Positions 26,339 to 37,116 of a DNA stretch of 64,000 nucleotides are shown piece by piece. The DNA lies in the IMG/VR virus record IMGVR_UViG_3300015262_000004, positions 560 to 64,559 of that record; one strand, 5' to 3'. The translations under genes were made by a program, and so were the position numbers. Numbering within the stretch: position 1 is the stretch's first letter; the number at the start of each line of letters is the position of its first letter. The notes beneath the pieces are model-generated. The model worked only from the letters and a program-made list of their open reading frames with translations. It was not told the origin of the DNA and made no database searches. This DNA is from a virus (lineage: Duplodnaviria > Caudoviricetes).

Positions 26339-27385
26339 ATGGCTTATACCGGCACCGCCTACGGCGACATCACTCCACGCCAAGCTGCGTACTCGATGGC
26401 TGGCTTTCTGAAACGTGCTATCGCGCTGATGACTATCGAGCGCTTTGGGCAAACCTACCAAGTCCCGGCGAACAACACCGCGACTGCCAAGTTCCGTCGG
26501 TACTTCCTGGCTGGGGCCGGTGGTTCCGCTGGCCCGGGTACCGGCGATTTCAACGTGCCGGTGGCTACCACTGCGCTGACCGAGGGTGTAACCCCGGCCG
26601 GTCGTAAGCTGTCCAGCAAAGACTACACCGTCACCCTGCAGCAGTATGGCGATTACGTCGAGTTCTCGGACGTGATCCAGGACATCCACGAAGACTACCC
26701 GGGCTTGCTCAAGGAGATGATGGATCTGCTGGGTGAATCGGCGGCCATGACCGTGGAAACGCTGCGCTTCAACATCCTGAAAGCAGGCACCAACGTGTTC
26801 TACGCCAACGGCGCAAGCCGCGCGGCCGTGAACAGCACCCTGACCCTGGCCTTGCAGCGCAGCATCACCAAGTCGATGAAACGCCAGAACGCCAACACCA
26901 TCAGCTCGGTGCTGAGTTCGTCCGCGAACTACAACACCCAGCCGATCGAGGCGGCGTTTATCTGCCTGATTCACACCGACCTGGAAAACGACGTCCGCGA
27001 CATGGACGGTTTCATCGGTACCAAACACTACGCGAGCACCCAGCCCTTCCCGGGTGAAGTGGGTTCGGTTGAGGACGTGCGTTACATCCGTTCGACCGTG
27101 TTCGTACCGTGGGAGGACGCCGGTGGTCTTGCGGCTACCAACGACGTGATGTCGACCACTGGCGTCAACGCCGATGTGTACCCGGCGATTTACCTGGCCA
27201 AGGATGCTTTCGGCACCGTGGCGCTGCGCGGTAAGTCGGTGGCCAACATCATGGTGGTAATGCCAAAGGCTTCCTCGGGTGACCCGCTGGGTCAACGTGG
27301 TACCGCAGGCTGGAAGCTCTGGAACGGCACTGTGATTCTGCAGGATGCGTTCCTGGTTCGTGCGGAAGTGGCTGCCTCGGCGTAA
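26339..27385 (+). CDS. major capsid protein, N4-gp56 family
   Basis: LTEGVTP, LQQYG, GEVGSVEDVRYI, DVYP, DPLGQRGTAGWK; AAGGAG RBS. Confidence 0.92.
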   Translation: MAYTGTAYGDITPRQAAYSMAGFLKRAIALMTIERFGQTYQVPANNTATAKFRRYFLAGAGGSAGPGTGDFNVPVATTALTEGVTPAGRKLSSKDYTVTLQQYGDYVEFSDVIQDIHEDYPGLLKEMMDLLGESAAMTVETLRFNILKAGTNVFYANGASRAAVNSTLTLALQRSITKSMKRQNANTISSVLSSSANYNTQPIEAAFICLIHTDLENDVRDMDGFIGTKHYASTQPFPGEVGSVEDVRYIRSTVFVPWEDAGGLAATNDVMSTTGVNADVYPAIYLAKDAFGTVALRGKSVANIMVVMPKASSGDPLGQRGTAGWKLWNGTVILQDAFLVRAEVAASA

Positions 27386-27405
27386 GCCGGGCCGGCTGAT
27401 TGGAG

Positions 27406-27435
27406 ACAAACCCCGTCCAGTACGGGGTTTGTTTT
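27406..27435 (+). terminator. intrinsic terminator after capsid gene
   Basis: ACAAACCCCGT-5-ACGGGGTTTGT-TTT. Confidence 0.8.
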
Positions 27436-27723
27436 ATGAACGAACCGATCGGAGTCGCCATGACCACATGTGTGCGCATCGAAATCCTGGACAACGGGTA
27501 CACGCTGAGTTTCGACGACCCAGAGATCCGGGCACAAAACCGCAAATCCACCAGTAATGGCTGGACGGACCCATCACGCACGCGGGTGTATTCCACCATC
27601 GAGGCGATGAAGACCGAACTCGACACCCTACTGCCCCTCCTACAACCCGAGCCGATGACTCAGGTCGCTGAGTACGAGACGGCAATTCAAGAAGCGTTCG
27701 CAAAGGATGACACCCATGAGTGA
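27436..27723 (+). CDS. hypothetical protein
   Basis: VRIEILDNGYTL... Confidence 0.6.
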   Translation: MNEPIGVAMTTCVRIEILDNGYTLSFDDPEIRAQNRKSTSNGWTDPSRTRVYSTIEAMKTELDTLLPLLQPEPMTQVAEYETAIQEAFAKDDTHE

Positions 27724-28114
27724 AGAAACCAAACCGGGCGGACACCCAATGAGTGCCGAACAGGCGATCAGCATGCCAACCCCTGAGCAGGCTGGGAAGC
27801 GTTCGCGCCCGAGCCGTGCCAAGGCCAAGGCAGCGCCGCCGGCCGATGGTAAGCCACGTCTGCGCAATGGCTTGAGTGGTGACCGCGTCGACATCACCCT
27901 GCACGACTCCGACCGCATCCCACCAGGTGGTCAGTTCATCGCCATCAACGGTGTGCAGTTCATGCTCAAACCGAGCATGCGCGCCTCGGTACCGGTGGAG
28001 CTGTTGGAGATCCTGGACAACTGCATTCAGACCGAACCGGTTCTGGACGACAAGCTGCGCGTGCAGGGCTATCGCAACGTGCCGCGACTGACCTACCACC
28101 TGCACAGGGACTAA
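27716..28114 (+). CDS. hypothetical virion-assembly protein
   Basis: QFIAINGVQF...VPVELLEILDN. Confidence 0.65.
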   Translation: MSEETKPGGHPMSAEQAISMPTPEQAGKRSRPSRAKAKAAPPADGKPRLRNGLSGDRVDITLHDSDRIPPGGQFIAINGVQFMLKPSMRASVPVELLEILDNCIQTEPVLDDKLRVQGYRNVPRLTYHLHRD

Positions 28115-28117
28115 GTC

Positions 28118-28831
28118 ATGAAACTGCAAGAGCTGGTCGATGAGCTTCGCGAGAACGTGCTGCGTGATATTTCCGACGCCGTGAACACGGATGCCGACAG
28201 CTACTTGCTCAGTGACAAGTCGTTGGTGCGGTACCTCAATGAGGCGCAGGAACGATTCGCCGACAAGACCCAGTGTCTTCGCGACGAATCGACGCCAGCG
28301 GTAACCCGGATCACATTGGTCCACGGAGTCGACAGTTACGCCTTAGATCCGCGTGTGGTGGCTGTGCTCGGGGCTCGCACCCGGCAGCGGCACCTGCGGC
28401 TGCGGCCGTACGGGTCGATCGTTACAACCCGGGGCAACTTCAACACGGGTTACCCGCTCGATACGTCCGTGTCTGACGGCTCCCCGACCTATTACTACAC
28501 CGACCGGGAGACGGGAAAGATCGGCTTATGGCCCGCGCCAAACCCCGACTTTGCCCTCAACGAGTTGGTGTTACGCGTAGCCAGGCTACCGATCAAGTCG
28601 CTGGTGGTTGAGGACTTGAGCGCCGTGCCGGAAATCCCCTCGCAGTACCACATGTCCCTTGTGGATTGGGCGGCCTACCGCTGCCTGACCAACAGCGACA
28701 TCGAGCTGCAAGATCAGATCAAGGCGAACAGTCGCAAGAACCGTTTCAACGAAACCGTCGAGGAGCTGAAAAAAGACGCCAAGCGTCTGATGCTCAACGA
28801 GATTGCGTTTGACGTCACCAGCTGGAGATAA
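28118..28831 (+). CDS. head-tail adaptor
   Basis: YLNEAQ...LWPAP...PEIPSQYHMSLVDWAAYR adaptor pattern. Confidence 0.75.
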   Translation: MKLQELVDELRENVLRDISDAVNTDADSYLLSDKSLVRYLNEAQERFADKTQCLRDESTPAVTRITLVHGVDSYALDPRVVAVLGARTRQRHLRLRPYGSIVTTRGNFNTGYPLDTSVSDGSPTYYYTDRETGKIGLWPAPNPDFALNELVLRVARLPIKSLVVEDLSAVPEIPSQYHMSLVDWAAYRCLTNSDIELQDQIKANSRKNRFNETVEELKKDAKRLMLNEIAFDVTSWR

Positions 28832-28835
28832 CCCC

Positions 28836-30089
28836 ATGGCAATGGTCTACAACCCGGCTACCGGCAAATACGAAGACAACGGCTTAGGCATCGGTGCCGC
28901 CCTCAAGCAGTCAGCCAATGACCTGGGCACGATCGTGCGCGGTGGTCTGCAGGGCGTAGGCAACGCTGTGGGTGGGGCCGTGGTAGCGCCGTTAGACCTG
29001 GCCCGCTCCTTCGCTGCGGAAAGCCTCGGCGGCGACCCAAACAACCTGTCCGGCGGCCCCCTCACTGACCAGGCCTTTGGTCTGATGGATCAAGGGTTCG
29101 CCGATGCCGGCGCAGCGGCGAACCGTTTCGGTACCGGCTTGCGCAATACCGCCATGGGCCTTGTGGGAGCGGTGAACGCCCCGCCGGTGGTTGCCCCGCC
29201 GCCTGCCCCTGCCCTGGTGAAGCCGCCCGCTCCCGCAGTAGCGCCGGCAAATCCGCAAACACCAGTGGGTGTACCAGACCCCGCGACCGGTGTTGCACCG
29301 CTTACCGCCCGGGATCTGGCCCCTGCCAACGTGGCGATCGCAAACGGCCTGGCTCAAATGCAGGCCCCAGCGCGTGACGGTGTAGCGGGTGCGCCAGGCA
29401 CCGATGGGGTCAACTTCGGCTTTGGGGTCAACGGTCAACCGAGCGCCCGCGAAGTGCTGGCCCACTACGCACAACAGGACGCGCAGGCCAGGCTGAACCA
29501 GAACACCCAGATGGATCGAGCACAGATTGGTTCACTGATGTCCGCGTTCAATGACCCATTCGCTAAGACCCAGGACAAGAAATTCATCATGCAGCAGCTG
29601 GGCTTGGCCACGGGCATGGCTCAGAGGTCGGCCGCGCTGTCGCAGGGCAACAACTTGGGCACGATGGATCTGACAGGCCGACAAGTGACGGCCCAAGCGG
29701 CGCTGGCTAACCAGCGTGCGATCGCGACCGAGCGCACACAGGCCGCGCTGCAGGCGGCCAACCTCACCGGAAACTACGGATTGGCGGCCGCGCAGATAAA
29801 AGCGGACGCGACGAAGGCCACCGCTAAATCGACGGAGGGCACGCAGCGCCTGGCGAACCAGAAGGCGGACGCGCAGCAGTCGATCAACACCATCGTCGCC
29901 GACAAGGTTGCACGGGGCGAGATCACCGCACTGGAAGGTGCGCGGATTCTGGCCAACAGCTACGACCACCCGGCGGTAGACCTGATGACTGGGGCGTACA
30001 TCCCGCAGGAGAACCAGGCGCTGCTGCAGGAAAAAGCGAGGCTGGCGGCCGAGGAAGACCTGGCAAGACAACGGGCCAAAAACAAATAA
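28836..30089 (+). CDS. internal virion (ejection) protein
   Basis: Ala/Gly/Gln-rich; position before the giant virion protein. Confidence 0.65.
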   Translation: MAMVYNPATGKYEDNGLGIGAALKQSANDLGTIVRGGLQGVGNAVGGAVVAPLDLARSFAAESLGGDPNNLSGGPLTDQAFGLMDQGFADAGAAANRFGTGLRNTAMGLVGAVNAPPVVAPPPAPALVKPPAPAVAPANPQTPVGVPDPATGVAPLTARDLAPANVAIANGLAQMQAPARDGVAGAPGTDGVNFGFGVNGQPSAREVLAHYAQQDAQARLNQNTQMDRAQIGSLMSAFNDPFAKTQDKKFIMQQLGLATGMAQRSAALSQGNNLGTMDLTGRQVTAQAALANQRAIATERTQAALQAANLTGNYGLAAAQIKADATKATAKSTEGTQRLANQKADAQQSINTIVADKVARGEITALEGARILANSYDHPAVDLMTGAYIPQENQALLQEKARLAAEEDLARQRAKNK

Positions 30090-30104
30090 AATGGCGGGTC
30101 TTGT

Positions 30105-32357
30105 ATGCCGGTAATTACGAAAGAACTACTCGATCGTGCCAACGAGCTGCAGTTGGCAGCGCAGCAAAAGATCGCCGGCGAACGTGAGGCGGCTGCAGCT
30201 GAGGCTGAGGCCAGCCGGTCGAACACCTGGGGGGAAGCCCTTGGCAACCTTGGCCCGCAGGCACTGTCGGGGGCGGTGAGCGTGGCGCAGGCAGGCTACG
30301 GCCTCGCTAACCTGGCCTCGCTTGGGTTGCTCGATCGCGCCACGGGGTTCTCTCAGAACTTCGACGAAACGCAACAGATCCTGGGGGGCATGCAGTCGGC
30401 CCCGACCCAGCGTGCAGCGCAGAACGTTAGCAAGTCGTTCAAGGATGACGGCATCCTGGCAGGCTTGGGAACCGCGATCACCAGCCCGGCGTTCCTGCAG
30501 CAGCAGGTCGTTCAAACGATCCCGTCGATGATCCCTGTGGGAGCGGCCGCACGCTTTGCCGGCGGTATCGCTGCTGAGGCGGGCGTTGCGCGCGGGCTCG
30601 GTCTGGCGGCTGCGCGACAGGAAGCGGCACACGCCGCAGAAAAGGCGGTGCTGTTGACCACCGGTGGCCAGATCGGTGGCCAGACCAACGTCGACGCGAT
30701 CAACGCCATTCGCCAGGCCGGCGGCAGTGAGAACCAGCAGCAGCTGGGTGGTCTGGGTGCGGGCGTGGCTTCGGGCTTAGCCGGTGCGGTGCTTGGCAAG
30801 TTGACCGGCGCAGCGCGGTTAGAAAGCGCCGCTGCCAACGCGTTGCCAGGTGGTGTGCCGGCGGCCGCAGTGAACTACGGCCTGGTACCAACCATAGTGG
30901 GCGGTGCCGCACGGGAACTGACTGAGGAATCGGCGCAGTCCGCGACCCAGCAGCTGGCTACGAACGCCGTCACCCCGGGCAAGGATCTGTTTGACGGTGT
31001 TGGGCAACAGGCTGCGGTGGGTGGTTTGCTCGGTGGCCTCATGGGCGGCGCGATGGGCGGCGTCATCTCGGCCAGTACCCCACGTTCGAGCGATGCCACC
31101 CCTCTGGGGCAACGGCTGCGCGCCATGATGGGCAAGAAGAACAGCGAGTTGGACGAACCGCTGCAGCCGAATGCGATCGGGCCGGCCCCTACAGCCGACG
31201 TCGAGGAGATGGCCCCCGAGGAAATCAACCTGGCAGACACGCCGTTGCCTGGTGGTTTGCCCGCAGACGCCCCGCTGCCCCGCCGTACGCTCTACGACAT
31301 CACCGGTCGATCGCCGACGCAGGGCCTACGGCCGCCTGTTGGTGGCTACGACGTCGAGGAAGTGCCACCCGCCACGCGTACTGGTTTGCTCGGCGTGCTC
31401 GATCTGCAGCGCAACAAGGGCGTTCTGGGTGGTGGTGACCTGGCTGGTGGCGAGCTGGATTGGCAGGGTGCTTTCCCTGCCCCGCTCCCACAGGTGCCCC
31501 GGGCTGCAGACGCCCCGTCTGAGGTGGACCAGCAGCAAGGTGCGCTCGACTTCAACGCGCCGATCCCGACGTGGAAACAGTTTCTGGCAAAAGACCTGGA
31601 TGTTAAGCCGGGCGCCCTCACCCGCAACAACAAGGTGTGGGGACAGTTCCTGGACGCCGCTGAGAAGGCCGGGGTCACGCCTGGCAGTACCGACGGTGAG
31701 GCGTTCATGCGCCAGATCGCGCCGTCGTTGGTTACCAACCCGGCCACCGCGCCGCTGTTCGCTGCGCGCATGGCCGAAAAGTACGGTCCACAAGTTACGC
31801 CAGTTACGCCAGTTGCATCAGTTACGCCAGTTACGCCAGTTGCATCAGTTACGCCAGTTGCGCCAGTTGCGCCAGTTGCACCAGTTACACCAGTTACACC
31901 AGTTACGCCAGTTACACCAGTTACGCCAGTTACACCAGTTACGCCAGTTACGCCAGAGGCCCAACGCACTCCGCAGCAAAAGGCTGCGTATGTGACTGCG
32001 CTGCGTGAACAGTTGACCGAGGCGCAGGGGCAGGTACAGGCCACCCGCCAGGCCCGCGACCTGGATTCGTCCAGGGAGTGGCGCCTGCAGGAACTGATGA
32101 CCCAGCGTGAACTGCGGGCGGCCACAGGGCGGCCAACGGCGGGGATGGATAAGCTCATCGCCAAGCAGCGCATCTACATAGATGACATCGCGGCCGGCCG
32201 TGCGGCGATCGCGCAGGCGCAAGCCACGCCGGCACCGGTGCAACCGGCTACACCAGGTTCGCCGGCCGTTGGCCAAGTGACACCCGCGACTTTGGCGGGC
32301 GTGGATAAACAGATCGCCAGCAACATGCGGTTCGACCCAAGCATCAGCCGTGCGTAA
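30105..32357 (+). CDS. large internal virion protein, N-terminal part
   Basis: Gly/Ala-rich hydrophobic segments, ELTEESAQ; ends at a TAA in frame with the next ORF. Confidence 0.7.
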   Translation: MPVITKELLDRANELQLAAQQKIAGEREAAAAEAEASRSNTWGEALGNLGPQALSGAVSVAQAGYGLANLASLGLLDRATGFSQNFDETQQILGGMQSAPTQRAAQNVSKSFKDDGILAGLGTAITSPAFLQQQVVQTIPSMIPVGAAARFAGGIAAEAGVARGLGLAAARQEAAHAAEKAVLLTTGGQIGGQTNVDAINAIRQAGGSENQQQLGGLGAGVASGLAGAVLGKLTGAARLESAAANALPGGVPAAAVNYGLVPTIVGGAARELTEESAQSATQQLATNAVTPGKDLFDGVGQQAAVGGLLGGLMGGAMGGVISASTPRSSDATPLGQRLRAMMGKKNSELDEPLQPNAIGPAPTADVEEMAPEEINLADTPLPGGLPADAPLPRRTLYDITGRSPTQGLRPPVGGYDVEEVPPATRTGLLGVLDLQRNKGVLGGGDLAGGELDWQGAFPAPLPQVPRAADAPSEVDQQQGALDFNAPIPTWKQFLAKDLDVKPGALTRNNKVWGQFLDAAEKAGVTPGSTDGEAFMRQIAPSLVTNPATAPLFAARMAEKYGPQVTPVTPVASVTPVTPVASVTPVAPVAPVAPVTPVTPVTPVTPVTPVTPVTPVTPEAQRTPQQKAAYVTALREQLTEAQGQVQATRQARDLDSSREWRLQELMTQRELRAATGRPTAGMDKLIAKQRIYIDDIAAGRAAIAQAQATPAPVQPATPGSPAVGQVTPATLAGVDKQIASNMRFDPSISRA
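31790..31951. repeat. 18 x 9-bp tandem array (RYMAGTTRC) encoding (VTP/VAP/VAS)n
   Basis: Counted unit by unit; unit matches the parA-flanking repeats. Confidence 0.9.
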
Positions 32358-32384
32358 GCGGCGGCTGATGCGTACACCGAGACA

Positions 32385-35300
32385 ATGATGGATGCGCTGG
32401 ATTCCGATGCGCTTGATCAGACCTTTATCGACATCAAGTCGCACCCGGACTGGGCAAAGCTGAGCAAGCCGCAGCAGGACCAGGTGGTTCAAGACTTCGA
32501 AGCCCGCTACGACGCCCTGGAATCGCCGGGCAAATTCGACCGGGCTACCGAGGAGGTGGCCAAGCCGATCCACATCACCGACTTCCACCAGGGTATCGCG
32601 GCGGCAAACCGCAACCGTGGGGCCGGTGACGCGCAGGTGATCGGCCTTGAAGACGTGGCGGAATTTGAGAACTTGACCCAACAGGCGGCACCGCCCGATG
32701 CCCGGGGCGTGTTCACCGACGGCAAAATCTACTTGATCCGCGAAAACCTCAGCAGCCCTGAGCAGATGGCAATCACCCTGGCGCACGAACGTGGTCACCA
32801 TGGGTTGGCCGCGCTGCTGGGTGATCGTATGCCGGCCGTGCTCAACAGGTTGTGGACCAACCCGGCGACCCGTACCCGGATCAAGGCCAAGATGGTTGCC
32901 TTGCAGGCGGGTGAGGTCGACGTGGAGAACGGCAGCCTGCGTAAGTTGGCCGCTGAGGAAGTGTTGGCCGACATGTTCGCCGCTGGTGAGAAGGTCAACG
33001 GCGATATTCTCACCAAGGCCCGCAACGCTATCGAGCAGACGTTTGCCACGCTGCTGGGGGTGGGCAAACTGCGCATGAACAACAATGACGTGGATTCGAT
33101 CCTGCGTGACGTCTCGGCGGTGCTCAAGGGCACCAGTGCTGGGGTGCTGCGCCAGGGCGAACCAATCGCGCGTGATCTGCCTGGCATGATGGCCGACCCG
33201 ACGCCCTGGACAACGGGCGATGCTCGATTCAGCAGGGCGATCGCGGACACCGACGAAATCATTCGGGCGGCCACGGCCGAGCAAGACGGTACCCGCCGTA
33301 ACCTGGCTGACGTCATGGTCGATGTGGGTAAAGCCAGCATGGCCAAGGTGCGGGGGCTGGGCACGGCCACCGTTCGGGACAAGGTCGCCTCGGGACTGCT
33401 TAACGCGGTGCCGTTGAACCAGCTGGCCAGCTTGTACGACAAGCTGATGGAAGGCCGGTTGGGGAACTTTGCCCGTCTGAAACGTGCGCAAGAGTCGATG
33501 CACAACAAGTTGCTGACGCAGGAAAAGGATCTGCAGCTGGGTGACAAAACCTACAAGGTGTCGCCGCAGTCACTGTCAAAACAATGGGTGAGTTTTGCCC
33601 ACCGCAACGAGGCCAAGGCCGCCGCGCTGAGTCAGCTGCAGCAGGAAGCGACCATGTACCGCCTCTGGCCGGGCCGTAAGTTCGAGGCGCAGAGCAAGGT
33701 CGGGTACGAGGCGGCCAGCTTTACCGAGGATGAACGCCGCGCGGCATCAGAGCGTGTCAACAAGTTGTGGGATGCCATGGGTACCGAAGCCCAGGAGATT
33801 TTCAACAAGTCCCAGGCCCTGTACGACCGCGCCTGGAACACCCGGTTCGAGACGCTGCGCAAGGTGCTGGCTGAGAAAAGCAAGCCGGGCGACATGACCA
33901 TGGATGAGTACGCCAAAACGCCCGCCTTCAAGCAGGCCTTTGGCAACATGATCGACACCGCGCTTGCCAAAATGCGCCAAGGCCCGTACTCGCCACTACA
34001 ACGGTACGGCGACTACATGCTGACGGTGCGGGATAAGGCGGGTCAAGTCGCGTACTTCCATGGTTTCGACACCATCGAGGAACGGAACCTGGCCGAGCGG
34101 GATCTGCGCCAGGGCGAGTTCGCCGGCACGGATTATGTGATCGCTCCCACTAAGCGCATGGAAACCACCTGGAGCCAGATGGGGCTCAACCAGCAGGCGA
34201 TCGATCAGCTTGAGAACGTCGCGACCACCCTGTTTCCGTCTACTAACTCCGAGTCAGGGGAGACGAAGACGGCGCGGGATCTGCGCCAGGCCCTGGTCGA
34301 GGCTTACCTGCAGTCGCTCCCGCAGCATTCATTCATGCAGCACGCGAACCAGCGCAAGAACATCAAGGGTGGTTCGATCGATGCGATGCGCGGGTTCAAC
34401 GACTACATGGGCAAGTCGAGCCGCAACATCGCCGGCCTGGAATACAACCACCAGATCAGCGAGGCGTTGACCGGCCTCAGCACGTTCGTGACAGAGAAGG
34501 CCCAAGGCAAACTCGGCGAAGTGGACGGCGACACGTTGACCAAGATGAACCGGGTGGTCAACGCCGTCAGGGCGCAGCACGAAGCGTCGATCAAGTATGA
34601 GCGCTCGCCCGTGGCTGACATGATCAGTAGCGCAGGCTTTCTGATGTTCATGTCCTCACCCAGCCAGCTGTTCGTCAACGCCATGCAGGTACCGATGGTG
34701 ACCCTGCCGCGCTTGGCCGGTGCCTACGGCAACACGTCGTCGATTCAGGCGCTCAGGGGCGCGTTGGGTGCCTTCGCGAAATCCCGGGGCGACCTGCGTG
34801 GCGACAAGTCGGTACTGGCACCAGGCAGCTGGGAACGCCGCGTGCTCGATACGCTGTACGAGCGGGGCATCCTGGACTTTACCCTGGCGCACGACATGAA
34901 CGGGCTGGCCAATGGCGAGGGGTCGGCCATGTCCGGCCACTGGCGCAAGGTCATGGAAGCGGCCGGGTTCTTTATGCACCGCTCCGAAGTGTTCAACCGT
35001 CAGGTCACAGCCTTGGCAGCGGCCCGCCTGGAAGCGCAAAAGAGCGGTGTCAACACCGGGGCAATGACACAGGAGCAGGTCGACAGGCTGGCCGATTCCG
35101 TCGAAGACTCGGTGATCAGCACCCAGTTCGACTACAGCCAATCGAACAAGGCCAAGCTGATGCAAGGCCCGTGGCGCAAGGTGATTTTCCAGTTCCAACA
35201 GTACCGCGTAAACATGTTGGCCATGATGGCCAAGGACGTCCGCGACAGCTTCACCGGTACCAAGGAGGAGAAGCAGACCGCCCGCCGTGCGTTGTCCTGG

Positions 35301-36110
35301 ATGTTGGGGATGCAGCTGGCCCTCACCGGCGCGGCCGGCACCGTGTTAGCTCCGATCGCCTTCGGCATCGCGGATCTGTTCCGTGACGATGATGACCTGT
35401 TGGATAGCCGCAGTGAATTCGTCCGGTCGGTACCGCAGTGGCTGGCCCACGGTGTGTTGTCCGGGGTACTGGATACGACCCGGATTGGCGCCGATGGACT
35501 GTTGTCAGCCGGCGGTGCTTATGCGCCCAAGGACGCGACGGCCAAGGAGAAGTTCCAGTATTACCTGCTGGCCAACATCGGCCCGTGGGCCGGCCTGGGT
35601 GCCAACGCTGCCACCGGCCTGGAGAAAGCCATGCAGGGCGACCACGTTGGGGCGGTCAAGAACCTGGCCCCGGCCGGCGTACGCGACGTTTACCGCGCTT
35701 TGTTCGAGAGCCAGCAGGGGGCGAAGGACACTAGACAGGTTGTCTACTTCGAGCCTAACCTTTGGGACACAATGTCCACCGCGATGGGCCTAAAAAGTGG
35801 ACGCCGTCGCGATGCCGAGGAGCTGCGTGGGGCTGCGTTCGAAGCGAACTTGCATACCCAGACACTCAAAGGCCGCAAGGTCGGTCGCCTGGCCCTTGGC
35901 TTCGCGACCGGTGATCCTGAAATGATCGCCACCGCACAGGATGAGATACGCGAATGGAACAGCCGATACCCAGATATGGCTATTTCCGGCACCGCCGTAC
36001 GACAAGCCACCTTGAACCGCGTGCGATCGCAGATGAACGCCGACCAGACCGGCGTGGCGTCTTCGCGGCCGCTCGGCCCATCCACTCGGGATGCCATAGG
36101 TCTGGATTGA
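32385..36110 (+). CDS. large internal virion protein, C-terminal part (polyvalent-protein-like, zincin motif)
   Basis: TLAHERGHHG...AEEVLAD; QFDYS...FQFQQY; same frame as 30105-32357. Confidence 0.75.
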   Translation: MMDALDSDALDQTFIDIKSHPDWAKLSKPQQDQVVQDFEARYDALESPGKFDRATEEVAKPIHITDFHQGIAAANRNRGAGDAQVIGLEDVAEFENLTQQAAPPDARGVFTDGKIYLIRENLSSPEQMAITLAHERGHHGLAALLGDRMPAVLNRLWTNPATRTRIKAKMVALQAGEVDVENGSLRKLAAEEVLADMFAAGEKVNGDILTKARNAIEQTFATLLGVGKLRMNNNDVDSILRDVSAVLKGTSAGVLRQGEPIARDLPGMMADPTPWTTGDARFSRAIADTDEIIRAATAEQDGTRRNLADVMVDVGKASMAKVRGLGTATVRDKVASGLLNAVPLNQLASLYDKLMEGRLGNFARLKRAQESMHNKLLTQEKDLQLGDKTYKVSPQSLSKQWVSFAHRNEAKAAALSQLQQEATMYRLWPGRKFEAQSKVGYEAASFTEDERRAASERVNKLWDAMGTEAQEIFNKSQALYDRAWNTRFETLRKVLAEKSKPGDMTMDEYAKTPAFKQAFGNMIDTALAKMRQGPYSPLQRYGDYMLTVRDKAGQVAYFHGFDTIEERNLAERDLRQGEFAGTDYVIAPTKRMETTWSQMGLNQQAIDQLENVATTLFPSTNSESGETKTARDLRQALVEAYLQSLPQHSFMQHANQRKNIKGGSIDAMRGFNDYMGKSSRNIAGLEYNHQISEALTGLSTFVTEKAQGKLGEVDGDTLTKMNRVVNAVRAQHEASIKYERSPVADMISSAGFLMFMSSPSQLFVNAMQVPMVTLPRLAGAYGNTSSIQALRGALGAFAKSRGDLRGDKSVLAPGSWERRVLDTLYERGILDFTLAHDMNGLANGEGSAMSGHWRKVMEAAGFFMHRSEVFNRQVTALAAARLEAQKSGVNTGAMTQEQVDRLADSVEDSVISTQFDYSQSNKAKLMQGPWRKVIFQFQQYRVNMLAMMAKDVRDSFTGTKEEKQTARRALSWMLGMQLALTGAAGTVLAPIAFGIADLFRDDDDLLDSRSEFVRSVPQWLAHGVLSGVLDTTRIGADGLLSAGGAYAPKDATAKEKFQYYLLANIGPWAGLGANAATGLEKAMQGDHVGAVKNLAPAGVRDVYRALFESQQGAKDTRQVVYFEPNLWDTMSTAMGLKSGRRRDAEELRGAAFEANLHTQTLKGRKVGRLALGFATGDPEMIATAQDEIREWNSRYPDMAISGTAVRQATLNRVRSQMNADQTGVASSRPLGPSTRDAIGLD

Positions 36111-36140
36111 TACGGGCCTGCGGGCCGCTGGAGGACTGCG

Positions 36141-36458
36141 ATGGAGGCGTTTGTGGCTGAGTTAACTGCGTGGCTTCGCCTAGGTGTCCTCGCTGCGTTC
36201 GGCGGGGCGGCCAGTTACATCTATCTGATGATTACCAAGAACCGCCCGTTTCGGTGGATCACCTTCTTGGCCAACCTGTTCATCGCCTTCTTTGTGGGCA
36301 AGGCCATGGGCGGATTCGTACCCGAGGACACCAAGAACTTTTCCGGCGTGGTGATGCTTATGGGGTTCTGCGCGTACCCGGTACTAGGGATAGTCGAGGA
36401 GAAAATTGTCTCCTATATCAACAAGCGGATCGCTGCCGCTGGGGAGAACGCACCATGA
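36141..36458 (+). CDS. holin
   Basis: 105 aa, three hydrophobic segments, first gene of the lysis cluster. Confidence 0.7.
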   Translation: MEAFVAELTAWLRLGVLAAFGGAASYIYLMITKNRPFRWITFLANLFIAFFVGKAMGGFVPEDTKNFSGVVMLMGFCAYPVLGIVEEKIVSYINKRIAAAGENAP

Positions 36459-36787
36459 TTTTTGTCGCTGCAGCAACGGTGCTTTGCCACCTGTGGGTGA
36501 TCATCAAAGGGATCCTATTCTTTCGGCATCGAGGTCGCGGACGTGAACGGGACAAGTCCATCGTGGCCACCCTGTCGTTCCTGAGTTTCATGTACATCGT
36601 GATGCTGGTTATGGGCTGGTTCGAGGTGCCGTGGCGCACGGTGTCGCAGACCATAGGCCTGACCATGATGATTGGTTTCACCTTCGCTAACTCGTTCTTT
36701 TACCTGGGGTTAATCACCACCCTGACGGAGAACAAAGAATGGGACTACTTGAGAAAGCAGCAATCGCGGCCATCGTCGCCGCTCTGA
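36455..36787 (+). CDS. second small membrane protein (holin/antiholin candidate)
   Basis: ATG 36455 after GGAG; three hydrophobic segments. Confidence 0.6.
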   Translation: MIFVAAATVLCHLWVIIKGILFFRHRGRGRERDKSIVATLSFLSFMYIVMLVMGWFEVPWRTVSQTIGLTMMIGFTFANSFFYLGLITTLTENKEWDYLRKQQSRPSSPL

Positions 36788-37116
36788 TATTCGGCGCCGG
36801 CTGGAAGTCCCGGGGCGTCCTGGCTGACAACGAGATGTACGCCTACAAAGAGGCGCAGCAGCAGGGCAACGATAAGCAGCAGGATCAAGTGGACGCCGTG
36901 GTAAAGGCCGACACCAAGAACACCGAGGCGTCCACCGATCGGGTAGACACGCAGGAGCAGACCCGCCAGGTCGAGGTGAAATATGTTGACCGGGAAGTTA
37001 TTAAATATCGCGATCGTCCTGTTGCTGGTAAGTGTGTTCTGCCTGCTGAATGGCTGCAGCTCTACAACCGCGCCGGCCGCACGCCCTCGAAGCTGCCCAC
37101 CCCCGGCCCAACCTGA
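36739..37116 (+). CDS. i-spanin (Rz-like)
   Basis: N-terminal TM, coiled coil, REVIKY...C. Confidence 0.75.
   Translation: MGLLEKAAIAAIVAALIFGAGWKSRGVLADNEMYAYKEAQQQGNDKQQDQVDAVVKADTKNTEASTDRVDTQEQTRQVEVKYVDREVIKYRDRPVAGKCVLPAEWLQLYNRAGRTPSKLPTPGPT

Noticed and set aside
31845-33503. Long antisense ORFs (also 22123-23478, 26324-27409, 46216-47391, 48392-49651)
   Set aside because: Shadow frames of GC-rich genes, with no motifs or RBS
30105-36110. Genome-wide stop-codon reassignment
   Set aside because: Only one interrupted gene; TAA, TAG and TGA all end genes normally elsewhere
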